DNA of 64,000 nt. It comes from an uncultured Bacteroides sp. (lineage in GTDB: Bacteria; Bacteroidota; Bacteroidia; Bacteroidales; Bacteroidaceae). Positions 39,671 to 49,316 of this stretch are shown here, in pieces (the first letter of the stretch is position 1; the number at the start of each line of letters is the position of its first letter). Both the position numbers and the translations under genes were made by a program. The stretch spans positions 25,744 through 89,743 of the forward strand of contig CAMTOV010000001.1 of assembly GCA_947074235.1 (NCBI GenBank). The letters are read 5' to 3'. The notes beneath the pieces were generated by a model. It was not told the DNA's origin, ran no database searches, and saw nothing but the letters and a program-made list of their open reading frames with translations.

Positions 39671-40021
39671 ATGCCAAGATCAGTAAATCATGTTGCTTCA
39701 AGAGCAAGAAGAAAGAAAATTTTGAAACTCACCAGAGGTTACTTTGGTGCAAGAAAAAATGTATGGACAGTAGCAAAAAACACTTGGGAAAAGGGTTTGA
39801 CATACGCGTTCCGTGACCGTAAAAACAAAAAGAGAAACTTCCGTGCTCTTTGGATTCAACGTATCAATGCTGCTGCTCGTCTTGAAGGAATGTCATATTC
39901 TAAATTGATGGGTGGATTGCACAAAGCAGGAATCGAAATTAACCGTAAGGTTTTGGCCGATTTAGCAATGAATCATCCAGAAGCATTCAAAGCAATTGTT
40001 GCTAAAGCTAAAGAAGCTTAA
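39671..40021 (+). CDS. rplT: 50S ribosomal protein L20
   Basis: MPRSVN…RARRKK, YAFRDR and [11 protein letters not shown]. Confidence 0.98.
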   Translation: MPRSVNHVASRARRKKILKLTRGYFGARKNVWTVAKNTWEKGLTYAFRDRKNKKRNFRALWIQRINAAARLEGMSYSKLMGGLHKAGIEINRKVLADLAMNHPEAFKAIVAKAKEA

Positions 40022-40046
40022 TCAACATCACTTTATAGGATTTATG

Positions 40047-40080
40047 AAAGTCGGCTAACTCATTGAGTAGCCGACTTTTC
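40047..40080 (+). terminator. Terminator after rplT
   Basis: AAAGTCGGCTA / TAGCCGACTTT plus a T tail. Confidence 0.85.
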
Positions 40081-40168
40081 TGTTTATAATTAACGTTGTA
40101 TATATGCTAAAAGCCTATTTAACACTAAACAAAATAGATATACACTTGTTTATTATATAGAAATAAGC

Positions 40169-40176
40169 TACATTTG
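40169..40176 (+). promoter_or_regulatory. Sigma-A -7 box for the ncRNA
   Basis: TACATTTG immediately upstream of the long hairpin. Confidence 0.7.
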
Positions 40177-40180
40177 TGTA

Positions 40181-40412
40181 GTTGAAAATATAGCCGTGTC
40201 GGACTGATTGGGAAACTCTTCAAATTATTCTGATATACCGAGAAAAGCTTCTGTTCTTAATGGCGGGCCACATTCCTTCGGGATAGCATTCAGCCGGTGG
40301 ATTACAAAGGGGGCGAGCACTCAAATCTTGTTCTATCAGAGTTTCATCACACTCACGGCACGGCTTCTTATAACAAAAGAGCGGAATCAATATTTTGATT
40401 ACCGCTCTTTTT
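40181..40412 (+). ncRNA. ssrS: Bacteroidales-1 RNA / 6S RNA homolog
   Basis: Has its own promoter and terminator (40375-40412). Terminal pairing AGCCGTGTC (40192) with GGCACGGCT (40365), and GAAACTCT with AGAGTTTC, gives a rod of about 175 nt. Location downstream of rplT matches the known Bacteroidales-1 motif. Confidence 0.8.
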
Positions 40413-40434
40413 GCATCTATAAATATTTAATAGT

Positions 40435-41187
40435 ATGATATTCTATTTCTCCGGTACTGGAAATTCTAAATGGATAGCTCAACAGTTGGCTGTTTCTATG
40501 GATGATAATACGGTCTTTATACCATCTGTACTTGATACTCCTAATTTTGCATTGAAAAAAGATGAGAAAATTGGTTTTGTGTTTCCAATCTATTCTTGGG
40601 GTATTCCTCCTATCGTTTTACAGTTTATTGCTCAATTAAAAGATGAGCTTTGTGAGAATAGATATTTATACTTTGTCTGCTCCTGTGGGGATGAAACGGG
40701 TTTAGCGCCAATGCAATTTATTAAATCTGTAGAGAAGAAAAAATGGAAGTGTAGTGCTGGCTTTTCCGTAATCATGCCAAACAATTATGTACTCTTGCCA
40801 GGTTTTGATGTCGATTCGGATGAAGTAATGCGTAAGAAATTAGAAGAAGCTCCAAATAGGTTGCAAACCATTTCAAGTCTTTTACGAGAGTCATATATAG
40901 GGTTAGATTGCACTGAAGGAAGTTATGCTTATTTCAAAACCAAGCTCATTTATCCGCTTTTTGTTAAATGGGGAATATCTCCACAGAAGTTTTATTCAAC
41001 TGACATGTGTAATGGATGTCGTCGTTGTGAGAAGGTTTGTCCTACAAAAAATATAGTTTTGGTTGATAAGAGTCCGGAGTGGGGTAGAAAGTGTACTTCT
41101 TGCTTAGCTTGCTTTCATATTTGCCCAATGAAAGCTATTGGTTATGGTGGAGCCACTAAAAATAAAGGTAGATATTTTCATCCTTAA
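40435..41187 (+). CDS. EFR1-family flavodoxin-ferredoxin fusion
   Basis: YFSGTGNS flavodoxin motif, with C-terminal CNGCRRCEKVCP and CTSCLACFHICP. Confidence 0.88.
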   Translation: MIFYFSGTGNSKWIAQQLAVSMDDNTVFIPSVLDTPNFALKKDEKIGFVFPIYSWGIPPIVLQFIAQLKDELCENRYLYFVCSCGDETGLAPMQFIKSVEKKKWKCSAGFSVIMPNNYVLLPGFDVDSDEVMRKKLEEAPNRLQTISSLLRESYIGLDCTEGSYAYFKTKLIYPLFVKWGISPQKFYSTDMCNGCRRCEKVCPTKNIVLVDKSPEWGRKCTSCLACFHICPMKAIGYGGATKNKGRYFHP

Positions 41188-41238
41188 TACTATAAAATAA
41201 GTCGGTGCGTAATGAATGAAAACACACTGTCTAATAGT

Positions 41239-41282
41239 AAAAAAGTCAGTACCTAATTCTATTGAAGGTACTGACTTTTTTT
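41239..41282. terminator. Bidirectional terminator
   Basis: AAAAAAGTCAGTACCT / AGGTACTGACTTTTTT. Confidence 0.85.
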
Positions 41283-41287
41283 GTATC

Positions 41288-41854
41288 TCATTTAATTTTT
41301 ATTTCGCAGTGAGATAAATCTTCTATAATTGCGAGACTTTCTACTCTTATGCCTTGTTCTTCAATTCTTTTACGTCCATTTTGAAATTCTTTCTCAATGA
41401 TGAATCCCATGCCTACAAGGTTTGCTCCAGCTTGCTTCACCAATTCTATTACACCAAGTGCTGCATTGCCATAAGCAAGAAAATCGTCAACGAATAACAC
41501 ATTGTCTTCGGGAGTTAAGAAATCGGCACTAATTACCACATCATACTCCCTATCTTTGGTGAATGAGCGAACTTTTGTGCTCAGTACATTCTGAATTGTT
41601 TTAGGAGATTTCTTTTTGGCAAATACCACAGGGAGGTCTAGAAGATAGCCCGTCATGATTGCTGGAGCTATTCCGCTAGCTTCGATGGTCATTATCTTAT
41701 TGACATTGGTACATCCAAAGCGACGTGAAAATTCCACACCAATCGATTTCATTAAAACTGGATCCATCTGATGATTGATGAAGCTATCTACTTTGAGAAT
41801 ACCACCTTCAAAACATTTTCCGTCTTGGAGAATTCTTTTCTTAAGTAATTGCAT
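41288..41854 (-). CDS. xpt: Xanthine phosphoribosyltransferase
   Basis: [27 protein letters not shown] and IEKEFQNGR motifs. Confidence 0.94.
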   Translation of the reverse strand: MQLLKKRILQDGKCFEGGILKVDSFINHQMDPVLMKSIGVEFSRRFGCTNVNKIMTIEASGIAPAIMTGYLLDLPVVFAKKKSPKTIQNVLSTKVRSFTKDREYDVVISADFLTPEDNVLFVDDFLAYGNAALGVIELVKQAGANLVGMGFIIEKEFQNGRKRIEEQGIRVESLAIIEDLSHCEIKIK

Positions 41855-41865
41855 ATGGTAATACC

Positions 41866-43173
41866 TTATTTGTTATCTCGTAAATCTTTTACTCTTACAG
41901 CTTTACCTTCACTTTGTGGCAACGAACCTTTCTTTACAAGTTTAAGTTTGGGTGTCACAAGTATTTCGTCTTTTAACTGGCGAGTAATATTTTTGCGTAC
42001 CTTCTCTAGTTCTATATAGTTATCAGTTGATAGGTCGCTCAATTCTACTTCAACAATCATTTCATCTTGGTTGTTTACAGTTTCGAGGGTGATTAAGTAA
42101 TTACTTCCTAATTCTGGGAACTGAACCAATATTTTTTCAACCTGCATAGGGAAAATATTTACCCCTTTGATAATGAACATATCGTCGCTTCTTCCTTTGA
42201 TACGGTCTATTCTGCGATGCGTTCTACCACAAGAGCAAGGTTCATTGATGATACGAGTCAAGTCGCGAGTACGATAACGTATAAGAGGCATCATATCTCG
42301 GTCGAGTGTTGAGAGTACTAACTCCCCAATTTCTCCATCGGGCATTGGTTCACCTGTTTCAGGGTCTATGATCTCTACCAGGTAGCAATCTTCCCAAATA
42401 TGCATACCATCTTGATTTTTACACTCAAAGGCCACACCTGGGCCATTCATCTCAGTCATACCAAAACAGTTGTATGCTTTAACACCCAACATACGTTCTA
42501 TCTTCTTGCGTTGTTCGTCGGTATGTGGTTCGGCACCAATGATAAGTGTTTTTAGAGTGGTACTAGTAGGATCAATGCCTTCTTCTTGAATCACTTCAGC
42601 CAGACGGATAGCATAGCTAGGGATAGCGTGTAGTGTTGTAGAGTGGAAATCGGTGATAAACTTGATTTGTCGTTTACTATTTCCAGCTGCAGCTGGCACC
42701 GTAAGACAACCCAACCATTCAGCACCATATTGAAAGCCTAGGCCACCGGTAAACATGCCATAACCCGAGCTGTTTTGAAAAACGTCCGTTTTGCGCACAC
42801 CTACCATATACAAGCATCTAGCTACCAGATTGGCCCATGAATCTAAATCATGTTGCGAATGAACGATAACGGTAGGGTTACCTGTTGTTCCACTCGATGA
42901 GTGAATACGTACACCATCATCTTTCATATTGCCAGCCACAAGACCAAAAGGGTAGTTGGCTCTCATATCTGCTTTGGTGGTAAAAGGTATCTTGCGTATA
43001 TCCTCAACAGAGTTAATACTTGCAGATGTAATATTATTATTCTCGAATACCTCTTTATAATAAGGCGAGTTAGATGCAATATCGATTGTCTTTTTTAGAC
43101 GTTCTACTTGTAGTTGCTCGAGATTTTCTCGACTCATGGTCTCAATCTCTTCTTCCCAATAGTTTGTATTCAT
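41866..43173 (-). CDS. paaK: Phenylacetate--CoA ligase family protein
   Basis: [29 protein letters not shown] and GRSDDM…GVNIFP motifs. Confidence 0.9.
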   Translation of the reverse strand: MNTNYWEEEIETMSRENLEQLQVERLKKTIDIASNSPYYKEVFENNNITSASINSVEDIRKIPFTTKADMRANYPFGLVAGNMKDDGVRIHSSSGTTGNPTVIVHSQHDLDSWANLVARCLYMVGVRKTDVFQNSSGYGMFTGGLGFQYGAEWLGCLTVPAAAGNSKRQIKFITDFHSTTLHAIPSYAIRLAEVIQEEGIDPTSTTLKTLIIGAEPHTDEQRKKIERMLGVKAYNCFGMTEMNGPGVAFECKNQDGMHIWEDCYLVEIIDPETGEPMPDGEIGELVLSTLDRDMMPLIRYRTRDLTRIINEPCSCGRTHRRIDRIKGRSDDMFIIKGVNIFPMQVEKILVQFPELGSNYLITLETVNNQDEMIVEVELSDLSTDNYIELEKVRKNITRQLKDEILVTPKLKLVKKGSLPQSEGKAVRVKDLRDNK

Positions 43174-43206
43174 GGTATTAAATATTTAGTACGTTCTTTC
43201 CAATAT

Positions 43207-43266
43207 ATGACAATGTGCTAATATCTAACTAAAATTATATAAGTAAGATGATTAGCACATTGTATA
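43207..43266. repeat. Inverted array of GTGCCAAT-like octamers
   Basis: ATGACAAT GTGCTAAT … ATTAGCAC ATTGTATA. Same family as 61405-61486. Confidence 0.55.
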
Positions 43267-43283
43267 TATCATAATATCAACTA

Positions 43284-43865
43284 TTATAATCTCTGTTCAG
43301 CAATTTCTTTTCCGGCTGCCAATGCTTTTAAGTTCATTTCAACAATAGCATCGCCTTTGCGTCCAAAAATATCTCTGATACTTTCTTGTACAAGCTCATA
43401 GCTGATGCCAAGAAATGGAATAGTAGCGCCCAGAAGCACGATATTGGCTACACGGCTCGAGCCAATTTCTTTGGCTACACGGTCTACGTTGAGTACTACT
43501 TTTTGTGGTAGTTTATTAATTTCTTCCATCACTTTTTCCTCTTCGGGATAGTTGGGGATATTGATAAACGGAGTTTCATTTGTAACCAACCATCCATCTT
43601 TGCTAAGATAGGGTAGGTAGCGCAAACCCTCCATTGGCTCAAGCGAAATAATTAAGTCACATTTTCCCGAAGGTATCAAGTCTGAAGCAATAGGTTTGTC
43701 ACTAATACGAAGATTAGATTGCACATCACCTCCACGTTGACTCATGCCATGCACTTCGGCTTGTTTCATGTATAAACCTGCTTTCAATGCTGCTTTACCA
43801 ATAACTGTGGCAATAGACAGAATTCCTTGTCCGCCTACACCTGATAGTATAATATCTTTCTTCAT
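43284..43865 (-). CDS. iorB: Indolepyruvate:ferredoxin oxidoreductase beta subunit
   Basis: GVGGQG, EVHGMSQRGG and LEPMEGLR motifs. Confidence 0.92.
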   Translation of the reverse strand: MKKDIILSGVGGQGILSIATVIGKAALKAGLYMKQAEVHGMSQRGGDVQSNLRISDKPIASDLIPSGKCDLIISLEPMEGLRYLPYLSKDGWLVTNETPFINIPNYPEEEKVMEEINKLPQKVVLNVDRVAKEIGSSRVANIVLLGATIPFLGISYELVQESIRDIFGRKGDAIVEMNLKALAAGKEIAEQRL

Positions 43866-43870
43866 GACAA

Positions 43871-45463
43871 TTATTTATTTCTTTTTTTGCGTGCTAATGT
43901 TTGGATACACTCTCTGCGTGGAATGATAACTGATACTCCTTTGTATTCGATTTCCTCGCGAATCATCTGCTTCATTTCCTCATAGTTTTTCTTCAATGGC
44001 ACTACTACGCGCACATGTTCGGGTTCAACTCCTAGTCCTAAGCAGATAGCTTCGATACGTCCTGTCCCGGCAGAATCTTGTCCACCAGTCATAGCAGTAG
44101 TTTCATTGTCAGAAATAACAATTGTTACATTCGATTTTTCATTTACGCAATCAAGCAAACCAGTCATTCCAGAGTGTGTGAAAGTAGAATCACCAATTAC
44201 AGCCACCGAAGGAAATAAACCGCCATCAGCAGCGCCTTTTGCCATTGTGATTGATGCTCCCATATCTACACAAGAGTCGATAGCATTGAATGGTGCGTTT
44301 GCTCCAAGTGTGTAGCAGCCAATATCGCTAAATACCTTGTGCGATGGATATTCCTCTTCCAACACTTGAGTCAAAGCTTGATATACATCACGGTGTCCGC
44401 AACCATCGCAAAGAGCAGGAGGACGCATCTCTACAATACTTGGTTTTTCAAATAAAGAGAAGTTGGCTTTGCCTACCGCTTTGGCCACGGTGTCAGGGTT
44501 TAACTCTCCATCTTGCGATAGAGTTCCATCAAGACGACCTTTCACAATAATGCCTAAGCCCATATAGCCTTTTAGCTGCTTTTCTACAAATGGTTGTCCA
44601 TCTTCCAATACAAGAATTTCATCACAATCGTCAATCAATTGTTGAATTTGCTTTTTAGGAAGAGGGTATTGACCAATTTTCAAAACAGGATAGTCGCAAC
44701 CATCAGGATAGTTTTCCATCAAGTAGTTGTAGCCAATGCCACAAGCTATGATACCCATTTTTTTGTTAGGTCCATCAGTATATTTGTTGTAAGGAGATTC
44801 TTCTGAAGCCTTGATATAATCGGCTTGATGATCGAGTAATGCTTTGTAGCGTTTGCGCGCATTACCCGGAAGAAGTATAAATTGACGAGGATCTTCGCTA
44901 AAAGAAATCTCGTTTTGCGGTTTCTGAGCCTTTTGTTCTACACCCGAGCGAGAGTGAGCAAGACGAGTAACGATGCGAAGTAATACAGGTTCGCCAATCT
45001 TTTCAGAAAACTCAAATCCACTGTAAGTCATGTCGTATGCCTCTTGCTGATTGCTTGGTTCCAACATTGGAATCAAAGCAAAGTCGCCATAAAAGCGGCT
45101 ATCTTGTTCGTTTTGAGAAGAGTGCATGCTTGGATCATCGGCAGCTAAAACCATCAATCCACCATTTACCCCTGTTACACCTGCATTGATAAAACAATCG
45201 GCAGCTACGTTCATACCCACATGTTTCATACATACCAATGCACGTTTGCCAACAAACGACATACCTAGAGCAGCCTCCATAGCAGTTTTTTCATTGGCAG
45301 CCCAGCGGCTGTGTATGTTTCTCTCCTTGGTGATAGGAGCAGCTTGAATATATTCTGTGATTTCTGTTGAGGGTGTTCCCGGATAGGCATATACACCCGA
45401 TAGTCCGGCATCTAAGGCGCCTTGAGCAATTGCTTCGTCGCCAAGTAAAAGTTGTTTATTCAT
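43871..45463 (-). CDS. iorA: Indolepyruvate:ferredoxin oxidoreductase alpha subunit
   Basis: YPGTPSTE, NEKTA, MKHVG, DDPSMHSSQNEQD, RPPALCDGC and GDSTF motifs. Confidence 0.93.
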   Translation of the reverse strand: MNKQLLLGDEAIAQGALDAGLSGVYAYPGTPSTEITEYIQAAPITKERNIHSRWAANEKTAMEAALGMSFVGKRALVCMKHVGMNVAADCFINAGVTGVNGGLMVLAADDPSMHSSQNEQDSRFYGDFALIPMLEPSNQQEAYDMTYSGFEFSEKIGEPVLLRIVTRLAHSRSGVEQKAQKPQNEISFSEDPRQFILLPGNARKRYKALLDHQADYIKASEESPYNKYTDGPNKKMGIIACGIGYNYLMENYPDGCDYPVLKIGQYPLPKKQIQQLIDDCDEILVLEDGQPFVEKQLKGYMGLGIIVKGRLDGTLSQDGELNPDTVAKAVGKANFSLFEKPSIVEMRPPALCDGCGHRDVYQALTQVLEEEYPSHKVFSDIGCYTLGANAPFNAIDSCVDMGASITMAKGAADGGLFPSVAVIGDSTFTHSGMTGLLDCVNEKSNVTIVISDNETTAMTGGQDSAGTGRIEAICLGLGVEPEHVRVVVPLKKNYEEMKQMIREEIEYKGVSVIIPRRECIQTLARKKRNK

Positions 45464-45536
45464 ATTATTAAGCGTTTAACACGTTGATTGTCTCTTAGAA
45501 GGCAAAGATACATTTTTAAGGCTATTTTCAAGGCAT

Positions 45537-46568
45537 TTACTTAAAAATCTTTCTTTCGTTCAGCGCATTCCAATATTTTCTAGCATTTTGCATATGTTCG
45601 CTCAGTGTAACTGCAAAATTGTGTGTGCCTGAAAAGTCCTCTTTAGCGCACATATAAATATAATTGTGCTGTGCATAGTTCAACACACTCTCCAATCCTC
45701 TTTTTGAAGGAATTCGTATAGGACCAGGAGTTAATCCTGCATTTAAATACGTGTTGTAGGGCGATTGAAACTTGAGATGTTCGTTAGTGATGCGCCGTAA
45801 ACCAAAATCTTGAAGAGCAAATTTAACCGTAGGGTCTGCCTGCAACGGAATACCTCTTTTTAAACGATTGAGATACAAACCCGCCACCATGGGTTTCTCC
45901 TCATTGTTGTTGGTTTCTTCTTCTACAATAGAGGCAAGAGTAGCCACTTCTATCGGAGTCATATTGATACTTTCTGCCTTAGCCAATCGTTCATCATTCC
46001 AAAATTTGGCATGTTCCGATTGCATTCTTTTCATTAAATCCTCCGCACTAATATCCCAATAAACTTGATAAGTATCGGGTATAAATAAGCTGCTGATAGT
46101 TTGCTCGTTATAGCCAAGTGAAGCTTGAAATGCCGAGTCGTGAATTAGCGTTGCTATTTCGGTAGAGTCAATCATCAGTTGGCGACTCATGTTGCGTGCT
46201 AAGTTATCTATAGTGCGCACACTACCAACTGTTAAATTTACAGGTTCTTTAAATCCTCTTGCTATACGGTTGTATAGGTGAAAAGCATCGTCGCCAGGTT
46301 TAATAGCATATTTACCCGTACGAACATTATCTTCCAGTTTGCGGTATTTGGCCATCCACTCAAAACCAATAAAATGCTTGGCGTTTCCGTTTGCCTTTAC
46401 TTTATTGTAAACAGAGTCGGCTGTGTCGTCTCTATCTATATAAATATAGGTTGTCTTTTCGGGGTAGAACTGAGGAGTTAGGAGATAATAATATATAAAA
46501 CCAACTCCTGCTGCACTAATAATTAAAAGTACAGCAAGAGTTAAAAGGATAATCTTCTTTTTGCTCAT
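45537..46568 (-). CDS. mltG: Endolytic transglycosylase MltG
   Basis: N-terminal TM helix, LASIVEEET, LQADPT, SPYNTY and PGPI motifs. Confidence 0.94.
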   Translation of the reverse strand: MSKKKIILLTLAVLLIISAAGVGFIYYYLLTPQFYPEKTTYIYIDRDDTADSVYNKVKANGNAKHFIGFEWMAKYRKLEDNVRTGKYAIKPGDDAFHLYNRIARGFKEPVNLTVGSVRTIDNLARNMSRQLMIDSTEIATLIHDSAFQASLGYNEQTISSLFIPDTYQVYWDISAEDLMKRMQSEHAKFWNDERLAKAESINMTPIEVATLASIVEEETNNNEEKPMVAGLYLNRLKRGIPLQADPTVKFALQDFGLRRITNEHLKFQSPYNTYLNAGLTPGPIRIPSKRGLESVLNYAQHNYIYMCAKEDFSGTHNFAVTLSEHMQNARKYWNALNERKIFK

Positions 46569-46641
46569 ACAATGGGTCTAAATGGATTTAATAATCAGAC
46601 CACAAATTTAAGAAGATTTTTTATATATAAATTCTATGGCT

Positions 46642-47130
46642 CTAATTAAACAATCCCGGATAGATTATTCCACCTGTTTCAGTCACATTTAGCGTTTGTA
46701 ATAACTCCCCTTCTGGAGAATAAAATACTTGAAACTCTTCGGGCGAATTCCAAGATTGCACATCAATTATGATAACCGGTGGCTCTTGGTGAGGTAAATA
46801 AACAATGCGTATATAACGCAATCTGCCCGCAGCCAATGTGCTGTTCATGTATTTATCGGCCACTACCGATGGTATAGACGATAAAGAATCTACATCTTTT
46901 TCGGTCATAACCCACTTCGCATCATCAGTAAACCATACATTTATGCCAATGCCATTCTCTACAAAAGTGGCTATTTGATAATCATGTTTTTTACTCCATT
47001 GCACATCTGTAACATCTGGATACATCTTTTGAAGCGCCGCTTGTAAGTTAGTTGGCGATCCGGCGAAAACTGAGAGCGATGCAATTAGCAATAACCCAGT
47101 TATAATGAGAATCAATTCAGACTTTTTCAT
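46642..47130 (-). CDS. Periplasmic PepSY-like (BLIP-like) domain protein
   Basis: Signal peptide and the 'KMYP…VQW…WF…W..TE' repeat pattern typical of Bacteroidetes PepSY-like proteins. Confidence 0.7.
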   Translation of the reverse strand: MKKSELILIITGLLLIASLSVFAGSPTNLQAALQKMYPDVTDVQWSKKHDYQIATFVENGIGINVWFTDDAKWVMTEKDVDSLSSIPSVVADKYMNSTLAAGRLRYIRIVYLPHQEPPVIIIDVQSWNSPEEFQVFYSPEGELLQTLNVTETGGIIYPGLFN

Positions 47131-47228
47131 ATCAAAGGTTTATAGTTTGTTATCTTTAAAATAGATAACAAGAGGATGTGCAATTTGTTTGCAATAAACC
47201 TTTTGAATGAAGGAAAACAGGTGATACT

Positions 47229-48347
47229 CTATTTAATGTTATAAATAAATTCGAGCTTTTCGTTTCCTCGTTTAACAGATACATTGGCTTGGCTGCCTAA
47301 TTCTAATAAAACCAAAGAGTCCATAGCGGCTTTATCAAGTAGAGAAGAGGGGATGCCATTTATTGAGTATATTGTATCTCCTAACTGAATACCTGCCTTT
47401 TCTGCCTCGCTACCTTTCTCAATGATATGCACACTCTTGTCTTTCATGGAGATGTTAAACCCTAATGTCCAATCAAAATAATCAAGCGGAAATGCCTCTT
47501 TATTAGTCGTTGGTTTAAGAATAAGCTGTTGATCCTTGAAGTCGATAATAGTATTAAACTCTTTAAGTATCTCTAGTCCAATAATGCCTATTGCGTTATT
47601 TTTGTGGTAATCTTTTAGCGAACGACTATAAACATAGAGTCCATGTATATCATCCATTTTATATCCAGCAAAATCAATACTATCGAGTTCAAAAAGTAGA
47701 TTATCTTTCTTATTATCGTTCTCATTCATATATCTATAACGATAATCTAAACTGTGAATAAATGCATCAAACTCTTTCGGAGGATCGGTTATTGCCAAAC
47801 CATTTGTCCAACCTGTATCTACCAGAAATTTATATTTATTCTTAAACTCTTTGCCATGTCGATAATAGGCGATAGGAACCTCGATAAACAGAACACCCGT
47901 ATTGAGTTCGTAATCGAAAACTTTGGCTCCCGAATGATCTATGATTGAACTATCAGGAAGCTGTTGCAACCTCAATGAGTCATAGTTTATTGAGAGATAT
48001 CTATACTGATTCATATTGTCTAGACCAATAAGATAGGATTTACCCCACCACCTAGAGGTTTTGGTATTGTAACGTAAACCGTTATCAAAAGCTACCGATA
48101 CATTTCTATTGCTAAAGATCGTGTCGTTTTTAGGCAAATGTAGCCCGCACGGAGCACCAGTGTCGAATAGTGCATTAATGGTATCTGTGTCGTTTATTAT
48201 AGCATCTACATATATAAAACCATCTTTGATGCAGAAATTACCTTTGCGTTGAGGTGTTACTTCGTCAATTCTATTTGCAGGTGGGGGAGTGCAAGACAAT
48301 ATCATAGACCATAATATAAACAAAATAGTGGTTTCGATAAATTTCAT
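47229..48347 (-). CDS. Lipoprotein with tandem retropepsin-like aspartyl protease domains and a C-terminal PDZ
   Basis: Lipobox ILSC, two DTG motifs (ALFDTGA, FLVDTGW), GIIG, and a PDZ segment SEAEKAGIQLGDTIYSING. Confidence 0.78.
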   Translation of the reverse strand: MKFIETTILFILWSMILSCTPPPANRIDEVTPQRKGNFCIKDGFIYVDAIINDTDTINALFDTGAPCGLHLPKNDTIFSNRNVSVAFDNGLRYNTKTSRWWGKSYLIGLDNMNQYRYLSINYDSLRLQQLPDSSIIDHSGAKVFDYELNTGVLFIEVPIAYYRHGKEFKNKYKFLVDTGWTNGLAITDPPKEFDAFIHSLDYRYRYMNENDNKKDNLLFELDSIDFAGYKMDDIHGLYVYSRSLKDYHKNNAIGIIGLEILKEFNTIIDFKDQQLILKPTTNKEAFPLDYFDWTLGFNISMKDKSVHIIEKGSEAEKAGIQLGDTIYSINGIPSSLLDKAAMDSLVLLELGSQANVSVKRGNEKLEFIYNIK

Positions 48348-48414
48348 TTTGATTAGATTTGTAGAATGTGTTGTTTCGAAAAAACAATAAATACTATCAC
48401 TATTTACTGCTTTG

Positions 48415-48487
48415 AGCCGCTAATCAGACTTGAACTGACGACCTGCGCGTTACGAATGCGCTGCTCTACCAACTGAGCTATAGCGGC
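48415..48487 (-). tRNA. tRNA-Thr (CGT)
   Basis: Reverse complement reads GCCGCTATAGCTCAGTTGGTAGAGCAGCGCATTCGTAACGCGCAGGTCGTCAGTTCAAGTCTGATTAGCGGCT. It folds as a cloverleaf with anticodon CGT and no encoded CCA. Confidence 0.96.
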
Positions 48488-48598
48488 ATGTTATTTTAAT
48501 ATCTATATACAAAATTACACTTTATTTGAATAAATGAAATGAATTAAACGTTTATTTTACACACTAAAATAAATAATAGTTTTAAATATAAATATACA

Positions 48599-49078
48599 AT
48601 GAAATTAATCACAGAAAAGCTTCTTAATGAAGTATCCAATCAAGCCAAGCAAAACGAACGACTGCGTATGAATTATAACTTTCACGAATCAATGGATGAG
48701 CCTATTCATCGATTATTGAATGCACTTGAACCCGATACTTATCTTCCTCCACATCGCCACTCCAATCCCGATAAAGAAGAGGTATACCTTGTGCTTAGAG
48801 GCAGTTTGCTTGCTATCACTTTTGATGATAATGGCACGATTTTGACTTCAGATATTCTTTCGCCTGCAAAAGGTACTTACGGTGTGGAGATTCCAGCCGG
48901 CACTTGGCATTCTATTATCGTATTAGAACCCAATACTGTGATATATGAGATTAAACAAGGGCCTTATGCACCGATTATACCTTCTAATATTGCACCATGG
49001 GCGCCTATTGCTTCAGATAATGAAGGAGTGAAAAGATATATTGAAGATACGCTATATAAATGCGGAATAAATAGATAG
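48599..49078 (+). CDS. WbuC family cupin-fold metalloprotein
   Basis: RLRMNYNFH, RLLNALEP, PPHRH, PAGTWH and EIKQGPY motifs. Confidence 0.9.
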   Translation: MKLITEKLLNEVSNQAKQNERLRMNYNFHESMDEPIHRLLNALEPDTYLPPHRHSNPDKEEVYLVLRGSLLAITFDDNGTILTSDILSPAKGTYGVEIPAGTWHSIIVLEPNTVIYEIKQGPYAPIIPSNIAPWAPIASDNEGVKRYIEDTLYKCGINR

Positions 49079-49102
49079 TATCAAGATGTTTTTATAAATG
49101 AA

Positions 49103-49166
49103 GCATTTAAGAAATTAAATGTTAACATTTTATCTGTAGAATGTAAAGGATTACAAGGTAAAATGT
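49103..49166. promoter_or_regulatory. 64-bp four-box palindromic array, copy B
   Basis: GCATTTAA-N14-ACATTTTA-N4-TAGAATGT-N14-TAAAATGT. Confidence 0.55.
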
Positions 49167-49316
49167 TGAAGTTTTGAATTTGTAAATTTTGAGTGGTCAT
49201 AACAATGTTAAATGAACAATAATTTGCTAGATAGCTTATTTGTTTTTATGTAAGAATAAATAAACTTTTGAATGTTGATGTTTGTTGTTTTATCAATAAT
49301 CTAAAAGAATAAAATT

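Noticed and set aside
40208-40438. 76-aa ORF after rplT
   Set aside because: It has a TTG start, runs through a terminator, and overlaps the 6S-like RNA that explains the sequence.
46592-46600. TAATCAGAC matching tRNA-Thr 48421-48429, a possible att remnant
   Set aside because: Only 9 bp, lacks the acceptor-end GAGCCGC, and there is no integrase. Compatible with chance.
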